DNA of 64,000 nucleotides from Verrucomicrobiota bacterium (GTDB lineage Bacteria > Chlamydiota > Chlamydiia > Chlamydiales > SM23-39). The notes below the pieces were generated by a model, which was given only the letters and a program-made list of their open reading frames with translations, was not told the DNA's origin and did no database searches. Location: contig JAGWZL010000001.1 of the NCBI GenBank assembly GCA_018968815.1, positions 61,178 to 125,177 of the forward strand. The letters run 5' to 3'. A program made the translations under genes and the position numbers. Within the stretch, counting starts at the first letter, position 1; every line of letters starts with the position of its first letter. Positions 9,726 through 24,400 of the stretch are shown piece after piece.

Positions 9726-10592
9726 TCAAGGAGTTATATGGATCGCCTGTTTCAAAGGAGGAATGAAGCGTCTCACAAGACACTCTTGATCCTCGATTTC
9801 AAATCCCATCTTCAGATAGGCCTTTTTTTCCTCTTCGGGGAGTTTATAGGGGAATGAAAGCACTTTTGCGACAGAATGAATGGGCTTAAAGGATTTGCGG
9901 TCGATATAACGTTGCACCCTTGATTCAGCATAGCTGACATTCATCGCGATCTGCTTATCTTTGAAATGACATCGATAGGGGGGCCATGTGAAGTGGGAGC
10001 ATTGATCGGGTTTGACAATCATTTTTTCCACCCCGCGATAGGGATGTTGCTCAGGCTCTTTGGTGATCTCGGTCGACTCGATGACCAATTCTCTTTGAGG
10101 CAGAGCCCCTTTCCAAGAAGCATCAAAAAACTCGCTCGCCAAGGCGAGCCCGGGGAAGTCGTTGAATTCCTGCAAAAAATCGCGGATTGAGTGATCGGGG
10201 GGCAGGACTAGAAATTCATCGACGCTTAAGAAAAGGAGCCACTTTGTGTGGCCGAGCGCAGTCCTCTTCAGAGCGTTTTCATAAGCGGGCATTTTTGTGC
10301 TCAGCAGCCAGAGCGGATCTTCCTCGTCTCGTGGAGCTAGATCGGGCCAATGGACCAATGTGACGAACTGTTGTTGGATATAGGGCTGCAAAACCTTGAC
10401 TGAGCCATCCGTGCTTCCATTGTTGTACAGGTATACATGGTCGACACCGAGAAGCTTGTGATATTCGATCCATTCGCGAAGAAAGGGAGCTTCATTCTTG
10501 AAGAAAGCGCAAATAGATAAAAAATATCGATTCTCTTTGGCAGGTAGCCAACAACAAATAAGAAGAAAAAATACGAGCCACTTTTTTTTCAT
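9726..10592 (-). CDS. Glycosyltransferase family 92 (DUF23-like)
   Basis: 'FKNEAPFLREWIEYHKLLGVDHVYLYNNGSTDGS' is the GT92 signature as I remember it. It has an N-terminal signal/anchor. A 4-nt ATGA overlap with the upstream gene suggests an operon. Confidence 0.75.
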   Translation of the reverse strand: MKKKWLVFFLLICCWLPAKENRYFLSICAFFKNEAPFLREWIEYHKLLGVDHVYLYNNGSTDGSVKVLQPYIQQQFVTLVHWPDLAPRDEEDPLWLLSTKMPAYENALKRTALGHTKWLLFLSVDEFLVLPPDHSIRDFLQEFNDFPGLALASEFFDASWKGALPQRELVIESTEITKEPEQHPYRGVEKMIVKPDQCSHFTWPPYRCHFKDKQIAMNVSYAESRVQRYIDRKSFKPIHSVAKVLSFPYKLPEEEKKAYLKMGFEIEDQECLVRRFIPPLKQAIHITP

Positions 10593-11869
10593 CGAGAAAC
10601 CTTTATATAAGATGTATAGGCATTAAAAAACTGCGAAGGGTAAGGGTTGGAATAGGCTTCAAGGTCGGTCAGTCGATTGCGGTCCATCGTATAACGCAGT
10701 TTATGAAATTCATAGATCGCCGCTTCCATCCATTCCGAAGTGGCCGCACTCCCCCGTAAAAAGGGCATGCAAATCAGTTCAAGCCGTAACAGGGCGATCA
10801 GTTCTTGGAGTTCCACAATATTTTTCCCATTCCATTGGACAGCTTTCGCAAAGACATGGGATGCATCGTCTAATGTTTTCTGAATCAAGGACTCGTGCTG
10901 GTGCACCACCACCACTTCTGAACACCGCGCCATTCTTTCGCAAGGGTCCTCTTCTGGATCGTCTGGATTTTGATATCCCCAGGTGATGTATTGAAAGAGC
11001 GGTTCCATGTTTCCTTGAATTTCCAGGCGCACTGTACAAAGCACATAAAAGGACTTGAGGTAGTTTAAATTGCCCACCCATTTCATCGGTCCGCCTAATT
11101 TCCCTGCCTTCATTGGCGAGGGAAAATCATTCATCATCAACATTAAAAGGGATCCCATGCGCAAATGGCTGTATTTTTCGGGCGCCGTCAGCCTCAGCTG
11201 TCTGAGCGCTTGGAAAAGGGTTTTTTTGCCAGACAGGTCTTTCGGGGGCTCTTTCAAAAGAGCGGCAGGGAACCATTGCGGGAGATCGGTTTCTTGGAGC
11301 CCTTCATGCCATTTCTCTCTCTTCAAATCGTCCTTATCAAAGATTTGAATCTCTACGGAGGAACGCTTTCCTAGAAAAGTTTCTTCGTGCAACCAGGTCT
11401 TTTCTAGAAACTGCCCTCCTTCTCGGGGCATTGTAGAGAGCGCCTCTTTTAAAAATGTCAAAATCTGTTTGCCGTATTCGCTATAACCGCCGATAAACGG
11501 AGTGTAAGAAAAATCGGCGCATCCTTCTAGATCCCTGCGCGCCCCAAATTGATCGCTTCCTACCGTATGGTGATCGATGGCCAGTTGTCTTCTCTCGAGA
11601 GCCAGAAATTGAAAGATCTGGAAAAAGCATTCTGAGAGATCGCGCTCTTTCTGCACAGCCTCGCGGATCTTTTCCGACGATTTGCGAATGATGTTTTGGG
11701 CTCTAGCGAGATAATCGTCTTGCTGATTTCCAAACTCTGAACCCCGTACGACCATGAAGGCGGGGCAATAGGAGGGAATGCCGCTTTCTTCAGGACAAAG
11801 CACATCAGCCAGATTGTCATCTGCTGCGAGACTCCCCAAAAATACCAACAATAAAGGTAACCACCACAT
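10589..11869 (-). CDS. Secreted hypothetical protein
   Basis: 426-aa ORF with signal peptide 'MWWLPLLLVFLGSLAA'. It is translationally coupled to the GT92 gene. No family was recognised. Confidence 0.6.
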   Translation of the reverse strand: MWWLPLLLVFLGSLAADDNLADVLCPEESGIPSYCPAFMVVRGSEFGNQQDDYLARAQNIIRKSSEKIREAVQKERDLSECFFQIFQFLALERRQLAIDHHTVGSDQFGARRDLEGCADFSYTPFIGGYSEYGKQILTFLKEALSTMPREGGQFLEKTWLHEETFLGKRSSVEIQIFDKDDLKREKWHEGLQETDLPQWFPAALLKEPPKDLSGKKTLFQALRQLRLTAPEKYSHLRMGSLLMLMMNDFPSPMKAGKLGGPMKWVGNLNYLKSFYVLCTVRLEIQGNMEPLFQYITWGYQNPDDPEEDPCERMARCSEVVVVHQHESLIQKTLDDASHVFAKAVQWNGKNIVELQELIALLRLELICMPFLRGSAATSEWMEAAIYEFHKLRYTMDRNRLTDLEAYSNPYPSQFFNAYTSYIKVSR

Positions 11870-11943
11870 GAGAGGATACGTTTATACAAAATTTTCTTTT
11901 TTATTTGCAAAAAAATTCATACTCTTGGAAAATTTTCCGTCAA

Positions 11944-12747
11944 ATGAATCGGCTTCTTGTCACTCTTCTTTTCTTTTCGATTGCGTTCGCGGATGAAGGG
12001 CTCGCTTTCCGGGGCTCTCTTTGCCGCACCGATTATCTGGAGCCCAATCAAGAGATTGAAGGGGTCGTTTCGTTGTTGAACAATTCGAGACAACCTCTAT
12101 CGGTCAAGATCTATCCGACCGATTTGACCAGTACCGTCAATGAAGAGGTCAAATTTCCCAAGGCGGGAACTTGTGAAAGATCCAATGCCTCTTGGATCGA
12201 TTGCAAATACGACATCATTGAGATTCCCCCTTTGGCTCTGGCTTCATACCGCTATAAGGTACGTGTGCCGAATGATGCTTCTCTGCAGGGTTCTTATTGG
12301 AGTGTGTTGATGTTCGAAGCGGAAGAGGACCCTATTCCTTTTTCCTTTCCCGATGGGGCTGAGGTGAAGGCGACGAAACGGTATGCCTATCAAGTTGTCT
12401 CGCAAATAGGCCATCAAGGGGTCTGTGACGTCAAGGTTTTGGATAGACGCGTTGAGCGGCAGCGCCACGCAAAACATTATATCTTAGAAGTGGAAAACTC
12501 GGGTTCGCTGTCTCTCCGTTTGGAACCTGAGGTAGAGGTGATTGATGAACAAGGGCGCTATTTGGGCTTTTTCTCCTCCTCCCCCAGATTGCTGTATCCT
12601 CTTTGTTCCACAAGATTTGAGATCGATATTTCGCAAATCCCGAAAGGGTCTTACAGGGCGCGTGTTGCATTCAAGTCGGAGGAGATCACTGTATTCAGCA
12701 CAGAATACGCGATTTCTGTGCCGGAGGCGCTGGATCGCAAAAATTGA
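11944..12747 (+). CDS. Secreted hypothetical protein (beta-rich)
   Basis: The ATG at 11944 gives signal peptide 'MNRLLVTLLFFSIAFA'. The ORF-track start at 11905 is a TTG. The sequence is beta-strand-rich and no family was recognised. Confidence 0.55.
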   Translation: MNRLLVTLLFFSIAFADEGLAFRGSLCRTDYLEPNQEIEGVVSLLNNSRQPLSVKIYPTDLTSTVNEEVKFPKAGTCERSNASWIDCKYDIIEIPPLALASYRYKVRVPNDASLQGSYWSVLMFEAEEDPIPFSFPDGAEVKATKRYAYQVVSQIGHQGVCDVKVLDRRVERQRHAKHYILEVENSGSLSLRLEPEVEVIDEQGRYLGFFSSSPRLLYPLCSTRFEIDISQIPKGSYRARVAFKSEEITVFSTEYAISVPEALDRKN

Positions 12748-12752
12748 GCAGG

Positions 12753-13943
12753 ATGGTACCCATGCGAAACCTTTTTGTGTACGCACTCTCAGAGATTCTC
12801 GGCGTGGCGTTCATTTTTTTTGTTTTCACGCCTCCCCTTGTTTCTAGAGAGAAGACGATTTGTCTCAGCATGATCGTGAAAGACCAAGAATCGACCATTA
12901 AAACCTGTTTGAGATCGGTCAAGTCTTTCATCGATACTTGGGTGATTGTCGATGTGGGGTCGACAGATGGAACCAGGCGGGTCATTGAAGAGGAGCTCAA
13001 GAATATTCCCGGCGAGCTTGTGGAACGGCCGTGGAAAAGTTTTGGAGAAAACCGGGAAGAAGCGCTCCAGCTCGCTCGGCCGAAAGGGGATTATCTGCTG
13101 CTGCTGGATGCAGATGAGCAGATCATTTTCGCCTCTTCTTTTGAGGATCCTCTGTTCGATCAAGATATTTATTTTGCATGGAGAGGCACCAAGCACGCCT
13201 CATCGATCACACCTTTATTGGTCCGTTCTTCTCTCCCAGCGAAATGGGTTGGATATGCGGATGAATATTTTCATGCCGAAACCTCATTTACTTCAGATGT
13301 GCTCATCAAACTTCGTTGTCTGGTGGTTGAGGGCGGCATGCCAGGGTATGCGATCAAAAAGGCTTGGCAGAAGGTCAAATTGTTAGAAAAGTGGTTGAAA
13401 GAGCATCCTTCAGACCCCCGGTTTGTCTTTGCATTAGCTGAAAATTATCGCGAGGCGGGAGAGCTGGGCAAAGCTCTGGAGTGCTATCAGAAACGGATTC
13501 AGTTAGGGGGGTGGGTCGAAGAGGTTTTTTGTTCGATGCTTCAATCTGCGCACATGCTCAAGGCGCTGGGCTTGTCTTCCGATATTGTTTTGCTCAGCTA
13601 TCAACAAGCGCATCACTTTCGACCTCACCGACCTGATGGTGTTTTTTATCTTTCTGAGTGGTACAACCAACTGGGGAGATACGAAGAGGCGTGCGCCTGC
13701 ATAGAGAACCATGCAAATCTTCCTAAGCCGAAGAATTTAGATATTCTATGCTACCACAACTGGGTGGATGAATATGGTTTATTGTTTCAGCACTCTATTT
13801 GCGCCTATTATGTGGGCAAGTATGCGACTTCGCTCAATCTTTGCGATCGTTTGCTTTTGATGGCGCAACTTCCGGATGCTTTTCGAAAACGGGTCGAAGA
13901 AAATCGCACCTATCCTCTCGCCAAGATCAAGGGCTTGTATTGA
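12753..13943 (+). CDS. GT2 glycosyltransferase with C-terminal TPR-like domain (paralog 1)
   Basis: 'ICLSMIVKDQESTIKTCLRSVKSFIDTWVIVDVGSTDGT' and the DxD motif 'LLLDADE'. The C-terminal half is helical-repeat. It is a clear paralog of 18858..20051. Start could be the ATG at 12753 or 12762 (the ORF-track 12744 is a TTG). Confidence 0.8.
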   Translation: MVPMRNLFVYALSEILGVAFIFFVFTPPLVSREKTICLSMIVKDQESTIKTCLRSVKSFIDTWVIVDVGSTDGTRRVIEEELKNIPGELVERPWKSFGENREEALQLARPKGDYLLLLDADEQIIFASSFEDPLFDQDIYFAWRGTKHASSITPLLVRSSLPAKWVGYADEYFHAETSFTSDVLIKLRCLVVEGGMPGYAIKKAWQKVKLLEKWLKEHPSDPRFVFALAENYREAGELGKALECYQKRIQLGGWVEEVFCSMLQSAHMLKALGLSSDIVLLSYQQAHHFRPHRPDGVFYLSEWYNQLGRYEEACACIENHANLPKPKNLDILCYHNWVDEYGLLFQHSICAYYVGKYATSLNLCDRLLLMAQLPDAFRKRVEENRTYPLAKIKGLY

Positions 13944-13959
13944 TCTCAAGCAGTTGCGC

Positions 13960-18784
<4,825 letters not shown>

Positions 18785-18857
18785 TGACAAAAATTGCTCC
18801 ACACAAATTTGTTTTTTTGATCTAATAGTTCCCCAAATTAAGAGGTGTCTACCATCG

Positions 18858-20051
18858 ATGTTCAAGTTTCTCCAAACGTCCCTTTTCTTATTCGTCATCT
18901 GCGTCTACGGGTCGGCAAAACAAACGATCTGTCTCAATATGATTGTAAAGGATGAAAGTCAGGTGATTTGCCGCTGTCTCGATTCTGTGAAGCCGTTCAT
19001 TGATTATTGGGTCATTGTAGATACTGGATCAACGGATGGTACACAGCGGATCATTACAGAGTATTTAAAAGGCATTCCTGGGGAATTGTATGAGCGTCCT
19101 TGGAGAAATTTTGGAGAAAATCGAACGGAGGCCGTTCGACTGGCTAAAGGGAAAGGCGATTACATTCTGTTTATGGATGCAGACGATACGCTTGTCTATC
19201 CGCCAGACTTTCATTTTCCTTGGCTGGACAAAGATCAATATAACATGTGGCGAGGCAGTCAGCGGTTTAGTTATGAAAAGCCGCAATTGGTTCGAGGCGA
19301 TCTTCCTTGGAAATGGGTTGGTGTGACGCACGAATATCTGAGTTGTGATCAGTATTGCACAACAGAAGTGTTGTCCGATATTCGCTATGAATGCGGCGAA
19401 GGGGGCGCTACCCGCAAGGATCTCAAGAAGAAATTTACGAAAGATATCGAACTGCTCACGCAAGGGCTCAAAGAAGAGCCTAAGAATGAACGATATATGT
19501 TCTATCTGGCGGAGAGCTATCGCTGTATCAATGAAAGGGGGCTGGCGCTGGAGACCCATTTGAAGCGGATTGCGATGGGCGGATGGGACCAAGAGATTTT
19601 CTGGTCGAAGCTCCAAGTCTCTTTGCAATTGTGGGAATTACGAGCGCCCTCTTCGGTGGTGATTGCTAGTTTAGAGGATGCGCATCAATTTCGTCCTCAT
19701 CGAGTCGAGCCGATTTATTATCTTGCGGTGTTCTACAATCAACAAGAGCAGTACGAAAAGGCTTATCGTTGCATCAAAGATTGGCTGGCTCTGCCAAAGC
19801 CTGAGCAGAAAGATTGTCTGTTTAATGAAGATTGGCAGCACGATTATGGTCTTCCGTTTGAGCTCTCGATTTGCGCTTACTATGTGGGACAGTACCAAGA
19901 ATCTCTGGACATCTGCAATGTTTTGCTCAATGACTCCACGCTTCCGGACGATGTGCGAGCGCTGGCTGAGAGGAATCGGCAATTTCCTCTCGCAAAACTT
20001 CAATCCGAGAACAAAGAACGGATGGTCTCTACGTCGATCCATCCTAAATAA
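18858..20051 (+). CDS. GT2 glycosyltransferase with C-terminal TPR-like domain (paralog 2)
   Basis: 'ICLNMIVKDESQVICRCLDSVKPFIDYWVIVDTGSTDGT' and 'LFMDADD'. It is colinear with 12753..13943 along its full length. The start was set to the ATG at 18858 ('MFKFLQTSLFLFVICVYG'), because the track start at 18609 would read through the palindromic element. Confidence 0.8.
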   Translation: MFKFLQTSLFLFVICVYGSAKQTICLNMIVKDESQVICRCLDSVKPFIDYWVIVDTGSTDGTQRIITEYLKGIPGELYERPWRNFGENRTEAVRLAKGKGDYILFMDADDTLVYPPDFHFPWLDKDQYNMWRGSQRFSYEKPQLVRGDLPWKWVGVTHEYLSCDQYCTTEVLSDIRYECGEGGATRKDLKKKFTKDIELLTQGLKEEPKNERYMFYLAESYRCINERGLALETHLKRIAMGGWDQEIFWSKLQVSLQLWELRAPSSVVIASLEDAHQFRPHRVEPIYYLAVFYNQQEQYEKAYRCIKDWLALPKPEQKDCLFNEDWQHDYGLPFELSICAYYVGQYQESLDICNVLLNDSTLPDDVRALAERNRQFPLAKLQSENKERMVSTSIHPK

Positions 20052-21478
20052 GCCTGTTTATCTTCCATGCCAATGGACAGAATCAGTTCCGTTTCTTCTG
20101 GATTGAGAACGATCCCAAAGCAGCACTCAATCCCTTGGTGGTTAAAAACGAAGGGGCGAGAAATTTTGCCGATATGCAACGTCTGATCTAACCAGAGGAA
20201 ACGGTGGGTATACACGCGACATTCGTTGTCTAGCCAAAGGACTTCGTGCACGAGCATCAAATAGCCTCCATCAAAGGCAATGGGGGGCGCAGATCCTCGG
20301 AATCTGGAACAGTCGTAAGGGGGATCATACTCCAAAAAGGTTGAAATCGATTCGCTTTCAGGATCGAGTTCGAAAATGCGGAAAGGGGCGTATCCATACA
20401 CCGTCAACAACTTTTCCTGATGGATGAAAGGGAGCCAATTTTTTTCGCATCGTCCGATTTCTGGTCCAAGGAGCGGCCACAATCGATCTAGGAAAAGGAT
20501 CTCGGAGCCTTTTGGGGAGAGCTTGCACAGTGAGATCTGAGGCACTTTATCAATACTGGTATCGCATGTTGTGCAAGAAAACCAGAGCCGATCTCGATAT
20601 TGAAAGAGGCGCGCATCTTCTAGCCCTTCAATCGCTGAATCAATGCGAGGGCGATGCAAAGCATCGACAATCTCTCTTTTCTGAAGTAACTTGAAAGAAG
20701 GATCATAAGAAAGAAGGAAATTTCTCGTTCGGATTTTGCCATCTGGGTCGATTGTGTGGTAATATTTTCCTTCTTGGATGGTGTAATTCACCGATCTGAG
20801 AATGACTTCGTAGCCATTGTTTGTTTTGATGATGGAGGGGTTCATGGGGTGGTAGCGCTCTTCGCCATGTTCTTGAATCTGGGGGAGGTCGACGTTGATT
20901 TCCTTTAACTGTAATCCTTTTAAATTGGAGAGATAAAATCTGGAATTTTTGATGGCTAACGATTTGATTGCATCGGGAACATTTTTGCCCAAAAGGAGGC
21001 GGTTGATGGCGCGAAAACCCTCTTCGCGAAATGGGGTATAATAGGCAGCGATCGAGAGTTCTTCATCGAGTTGATGCACGAGGGTGGAACTGTTGTAGGG
21101 GCAAGCTTTTCCCTGTTTGGCAAAGTTGTAGGCCTGCCAAGGGTTGTCTTGGAGGCGGTAGACTCTGGCCATTCTGTGCAGGGGTTCTGCTCGGGTGGGG
21201 TTATAAGAGAAGGCGGTGCGATAAGCGTCGAGGGCTGCTGGCAAATATCCCAATGTTTCTCGGCATTCGCCTAGCATGAGCCAGCAAAAGAAACAGGCAT
21301 CGCGCTCTTGTGTTTCGGCGGAGATGGCTTCGTAGAGTTGAATGGCTTCTTGGTATTTTCCTTCGGACTTATAGGTGTTGGCGCGTTGTAGTTCAAGGGG
21401 TCCGTCTGTGGCTGTGAGGCAGGAGATGAGAAGAAGAAGGACGAACGATTTTTTCATTGGTGCCAACAAGGTTCTCAA
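20000..21478 (-). CDS. Secreted TPR protein with uncharacterised C-terminal domain (possible carbohydrate-active fold)
   Basis: Signal-like N-terminus and a TPR segment ('YKSEGKYQEAIQLYEAI'). The C-terminal ~300 aa carry 'MNPSIIKTNNGYEVILRSVNYT' and 'EKNWLPF'. It lies 16 nt downstream of the repeat/barrel gene. The function call is weak. Confidence 0.6.
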   Translation of the reverse strand: MRTLLAPMKKSFVLLLLISCLTATDGPLELQRANTYKSEGKYQEAIQLYEAISAETQERDACFFCWLMLGECRETLGYLPAALDAYRTAFSYNPTRAEPLHRMARVYRLQDNPWQAYNFAKQGKACPYNSSTLVHQLDEELSIAAYYTPFREEGFRAINRLLLGKNVPDAIKSLAIKNSRFYLSNLKGLQLKEINVDLPQIQEHGEERYHPMNPSIIKTNNGYEVILRSVNYTIQEGKYYHTIDPDGKIRTRNFLLSYDPSFKLLQKREIVDALHRPRIDSAIEGLEDARLFQYRDRLWFSCTTCDTSIDKVPQISLCKLSPKGSEILFLDRLWPLLGPEIGRCEKNWLPFIHQEKLLTVYGYAPFRIFELDPESESISTFLEYDPPYDCSRFRGSAPPIAFDGGYLMLVHEVLWLDNECRVYTHRFLWLDQTLHIGKISRPFVFNHQGIECCFGIVLNPEETELILSIGMEDKQAYLGWIDVETIRSLFSD

Positions 21479-21494
21479 ATATGCTTTGATGAAG

Positions 21495-24400
21495 TCAATC
21501 GAAATTCGCTTGCCAGCACTGTCGTTTCATGACGGGGATGACTTCAAAGCGATAAATGGGCTGATAGATTTGCCAATCTCTTAAACCGCAGGGGCGCAGA
21601 TTTTGTTTTGAGAGTTGGTAGAGGGGCAAATTGACGATAAACGTGGCTTCCCAGATGGGTCCGAACAGGGGGTCATATCGTCCGCTGAGGTCCAAGGCGA
21701 GGTAATCGCGATATTTGGGCATGATTCTTCCCTGAACGCCGACGGTGCTGTGGGAGGTGGCTTGATTTTTGGCAATGAAGTAGATTCCTGCGACGGCTTC
21801 TAGGGAAAACAGTTTGCCGTTGATGATTAAATAACCCACTTCTTGATTGAAGGCGTACGCGATCGATTCAATTGAATCGCTGATGGCAAAATAGCCGCCT
21901 TGATACTGATCATACGTGCATCTCCAGAGTTTTCTTTTCTTTCCGAAGGGGGCGTAGACGTTGCCTCGGAAGTTCCATCGTCTGCCCAATATTTCTAATC
22001 CTGCTCCGAGCTGATTGAAATAGCCGATGGATCCTTGTCGGTAATCGTAATACACATTAAATCCTAGCATTTCGCAGAAACCGGAAGATGCATCGGGAAC
22101 GAATCGTCCTCCTACGCCGGCATTTGTGGCGTAGGTATTATTGGCAAATCGGTGTCCTCTGAGGTCGATGAATGGGTAGATATGGCCTGGGCGATATTTG
22201 GGCGCCATGAAAATATCCAGTGTTGCAAAATTGGTTGCAAGGGGAAGGCAATGGCATTCCTGAGATCCCCAGACGTAGCTCATGGTCAACCGTCTGGGCC
22301 AGAAGGAAGCCATCGTGGATTGATGCGAGACTTCTGGGGGGCTTGTTGTCTCTTTCTGTGATGATTTTGGGTGGGAACGAGTTGCTGTTGGCGGCGCTGG
22401 CCTTTCTGTGACTGGTTCCATTGCCATGTGATCAAGCATAGGGGTGTGCCATAGTTCTTCTGGGATGCATTGTGGATAGCTTTCGATGCGATCCGCAATG
22501 CCAAGGACGCCGAAGGGGAACTCGTTCATTTGCGGATCGGTCAGCGGATCCATGACCCATGTGCTTTCTTGGGCTTCCAATAAATGGCACGCCACCCAAT
22601 ATTCTCGATCTGTGCTTGGGGCCTCTTCTCCGCATGCTGTCTCTTCGAATGCAGAAGATGCCCAATGGGTCTCTTCTGCGGGTTGTTGCACAATTTCGGT
22701 GGGCGCTTCGTGGATCATGGGCGCCTCTTCCAATGGCGCCTCACTGCTTGCCACATCGCTGGGTTCTGGGCATGACAACTCTGCCAACTGCACCTGAGAG
22801 GGAGCTGCTTCCGGCATATCGATGAATGGCTCTCGAGTAGCGACCCCATCGATCAAGCAATCGCTAGGTTCTGGGCATGACAACTCTGCAAATTGCACCT
22901 GAGAGGGGGCCTCTTCCGGCACGTCGATGAATCGCTCTCGAGTAGCGACCCCATCGATCAAACAATCGCTGGGTTCTGGGCACGACAACTCTGCAAACCG
23001 CACCTGAGAGGGTGCCTCTTCCGGCATGTCGATGAATGGCTCTCGCGTAGCGACCCCATCGATCAAACAATCGCTAGGTTCTGGGCATGACAACTCTGCA
23101 AATTGCACCTGGGAAGGAGCCTCTTCTGGCATGTCGATGAATCGCTCTCGAGTAGCGACCCCATCGATCAAGCAATCGCTAGGTTCTGGGCACGACAACT
23201 CTGCAAACTGCACCTGAGAGGGAGCCTCTTCTGGCATGTCGATGAATGGCTCTCGAGTAGCGACCCCATCGATCAAACAATCGCTAGGTTCTGGGCACGA
23301 CAACTCTGCAAACTGCATCTGAGAGGGAGCCTCTTCTGGCATGTCGATGAATCGCTCTGTTGTAAATGCAATTTCATCCATCCAGAAGTCGCTCGGTTCT
23401 GGGCAAGTCAACTCCGCAAACAGAATGAGAGGGAGAGAACTTTCTGGAATGTCTACAAACCGCTCTTTGGTCAAGGCGATTCCGTCCATCCAGAAGTCGT
23501 TCGGCTCTGGGCAGGTCAATGTAGCAAACCGGATTTCTCGCAACGGGACCACAGGCTCTGGAGCGAATGACTCTTTGGTAAAGGCGATCCCATCCATCCA
23601 GAAGTCGCTCGGTTCTGGGCAGGTCAATGCAGCAAACCGGATTTGCCGCAACGGGACCACAGGCTCCGGAGCGAACGGCTCTTTGGTAAATGCGATTCCG
23701 TCCATCCAGAAGTCGCTCGGTTCTGGGCAGGTCAATGCAGCAAACCGGATTTGCCGCAGCGGGACTACAGGCTCCGGAGCGAACGGCTCTTTGGTAAATG
23801 CGATTCCGTCCATCCAGAAGTCGCTCGGTTCTGGGCAGGTCAATGCCGCAAACCGGATTTGCCGCAGCGGGACTACAGGCTCCGGAGCGAACGGCTCTTT
23901 GGTAAATGCGATTCCGTCCATCCAGAAGTCGCTCGGCTCTGGGCAGGTCAATGCAGCAAACCGGATTTGCCGCAGCGGGACTACAGGCTCCGGAGCGAAT
24001 GACTCTTTGGTAAATGCGATTCCATCCATCCAGAAGTCGCTCGGTTCTGGGCAGGTCAATGCAGCAAACCGGATTTGCCGCAGCGGGACTACAGGCTCCG
24101 GAGCGAATGACTCTTTGGTAAATGCGATTCCGTCCATCCAGAAGTCGCTCGGTTCTGGGCAAGTCAGTTCAGCAAACCGGATTTGTCGCAGCGGGACTAC
24201 AGGCACCGGAGCGAATGACTCTTTGGTAAATGCGATGCCGTCCATCCAAAAAGGGCTTGGCTCTGGGCAAGTCAGTGCAGCAAACTGAATCTGTCGCAAC
24301 AAGACCACAGGCTCCGGAGCAAACGGCTCTTTGGCGAAGGCGATTCCGTCCATCCAGAAAGGGCTTGGCTCTGGGCAGGTCAATTCAGCAAACCGGATTG

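Noticed and set aside
21495-22320. Classical type Va autotransporter or chlamydial Pmp interpretation of the C-terminal barrel.
   Set aside because: No GGA(I/L/V)/FxxN Pmp repeats are present. The conserved motifs resemble the intimin/invasin barrel and its trailing linker rather than the Va beta-domain. This still needs a profile search.
23341-24288. Long ORFs on both strands inside the 108/105-bp repeat array: 23341..24288, 23374..24162, 24230..24769, 24331..24852, 23103..23570 and others.
   Set aside because: They are products of repeat periodicity keeping alternative frames open. Only the 21495..25256 frame is continuous from a signal/anchor through to the beta-barrel domain.
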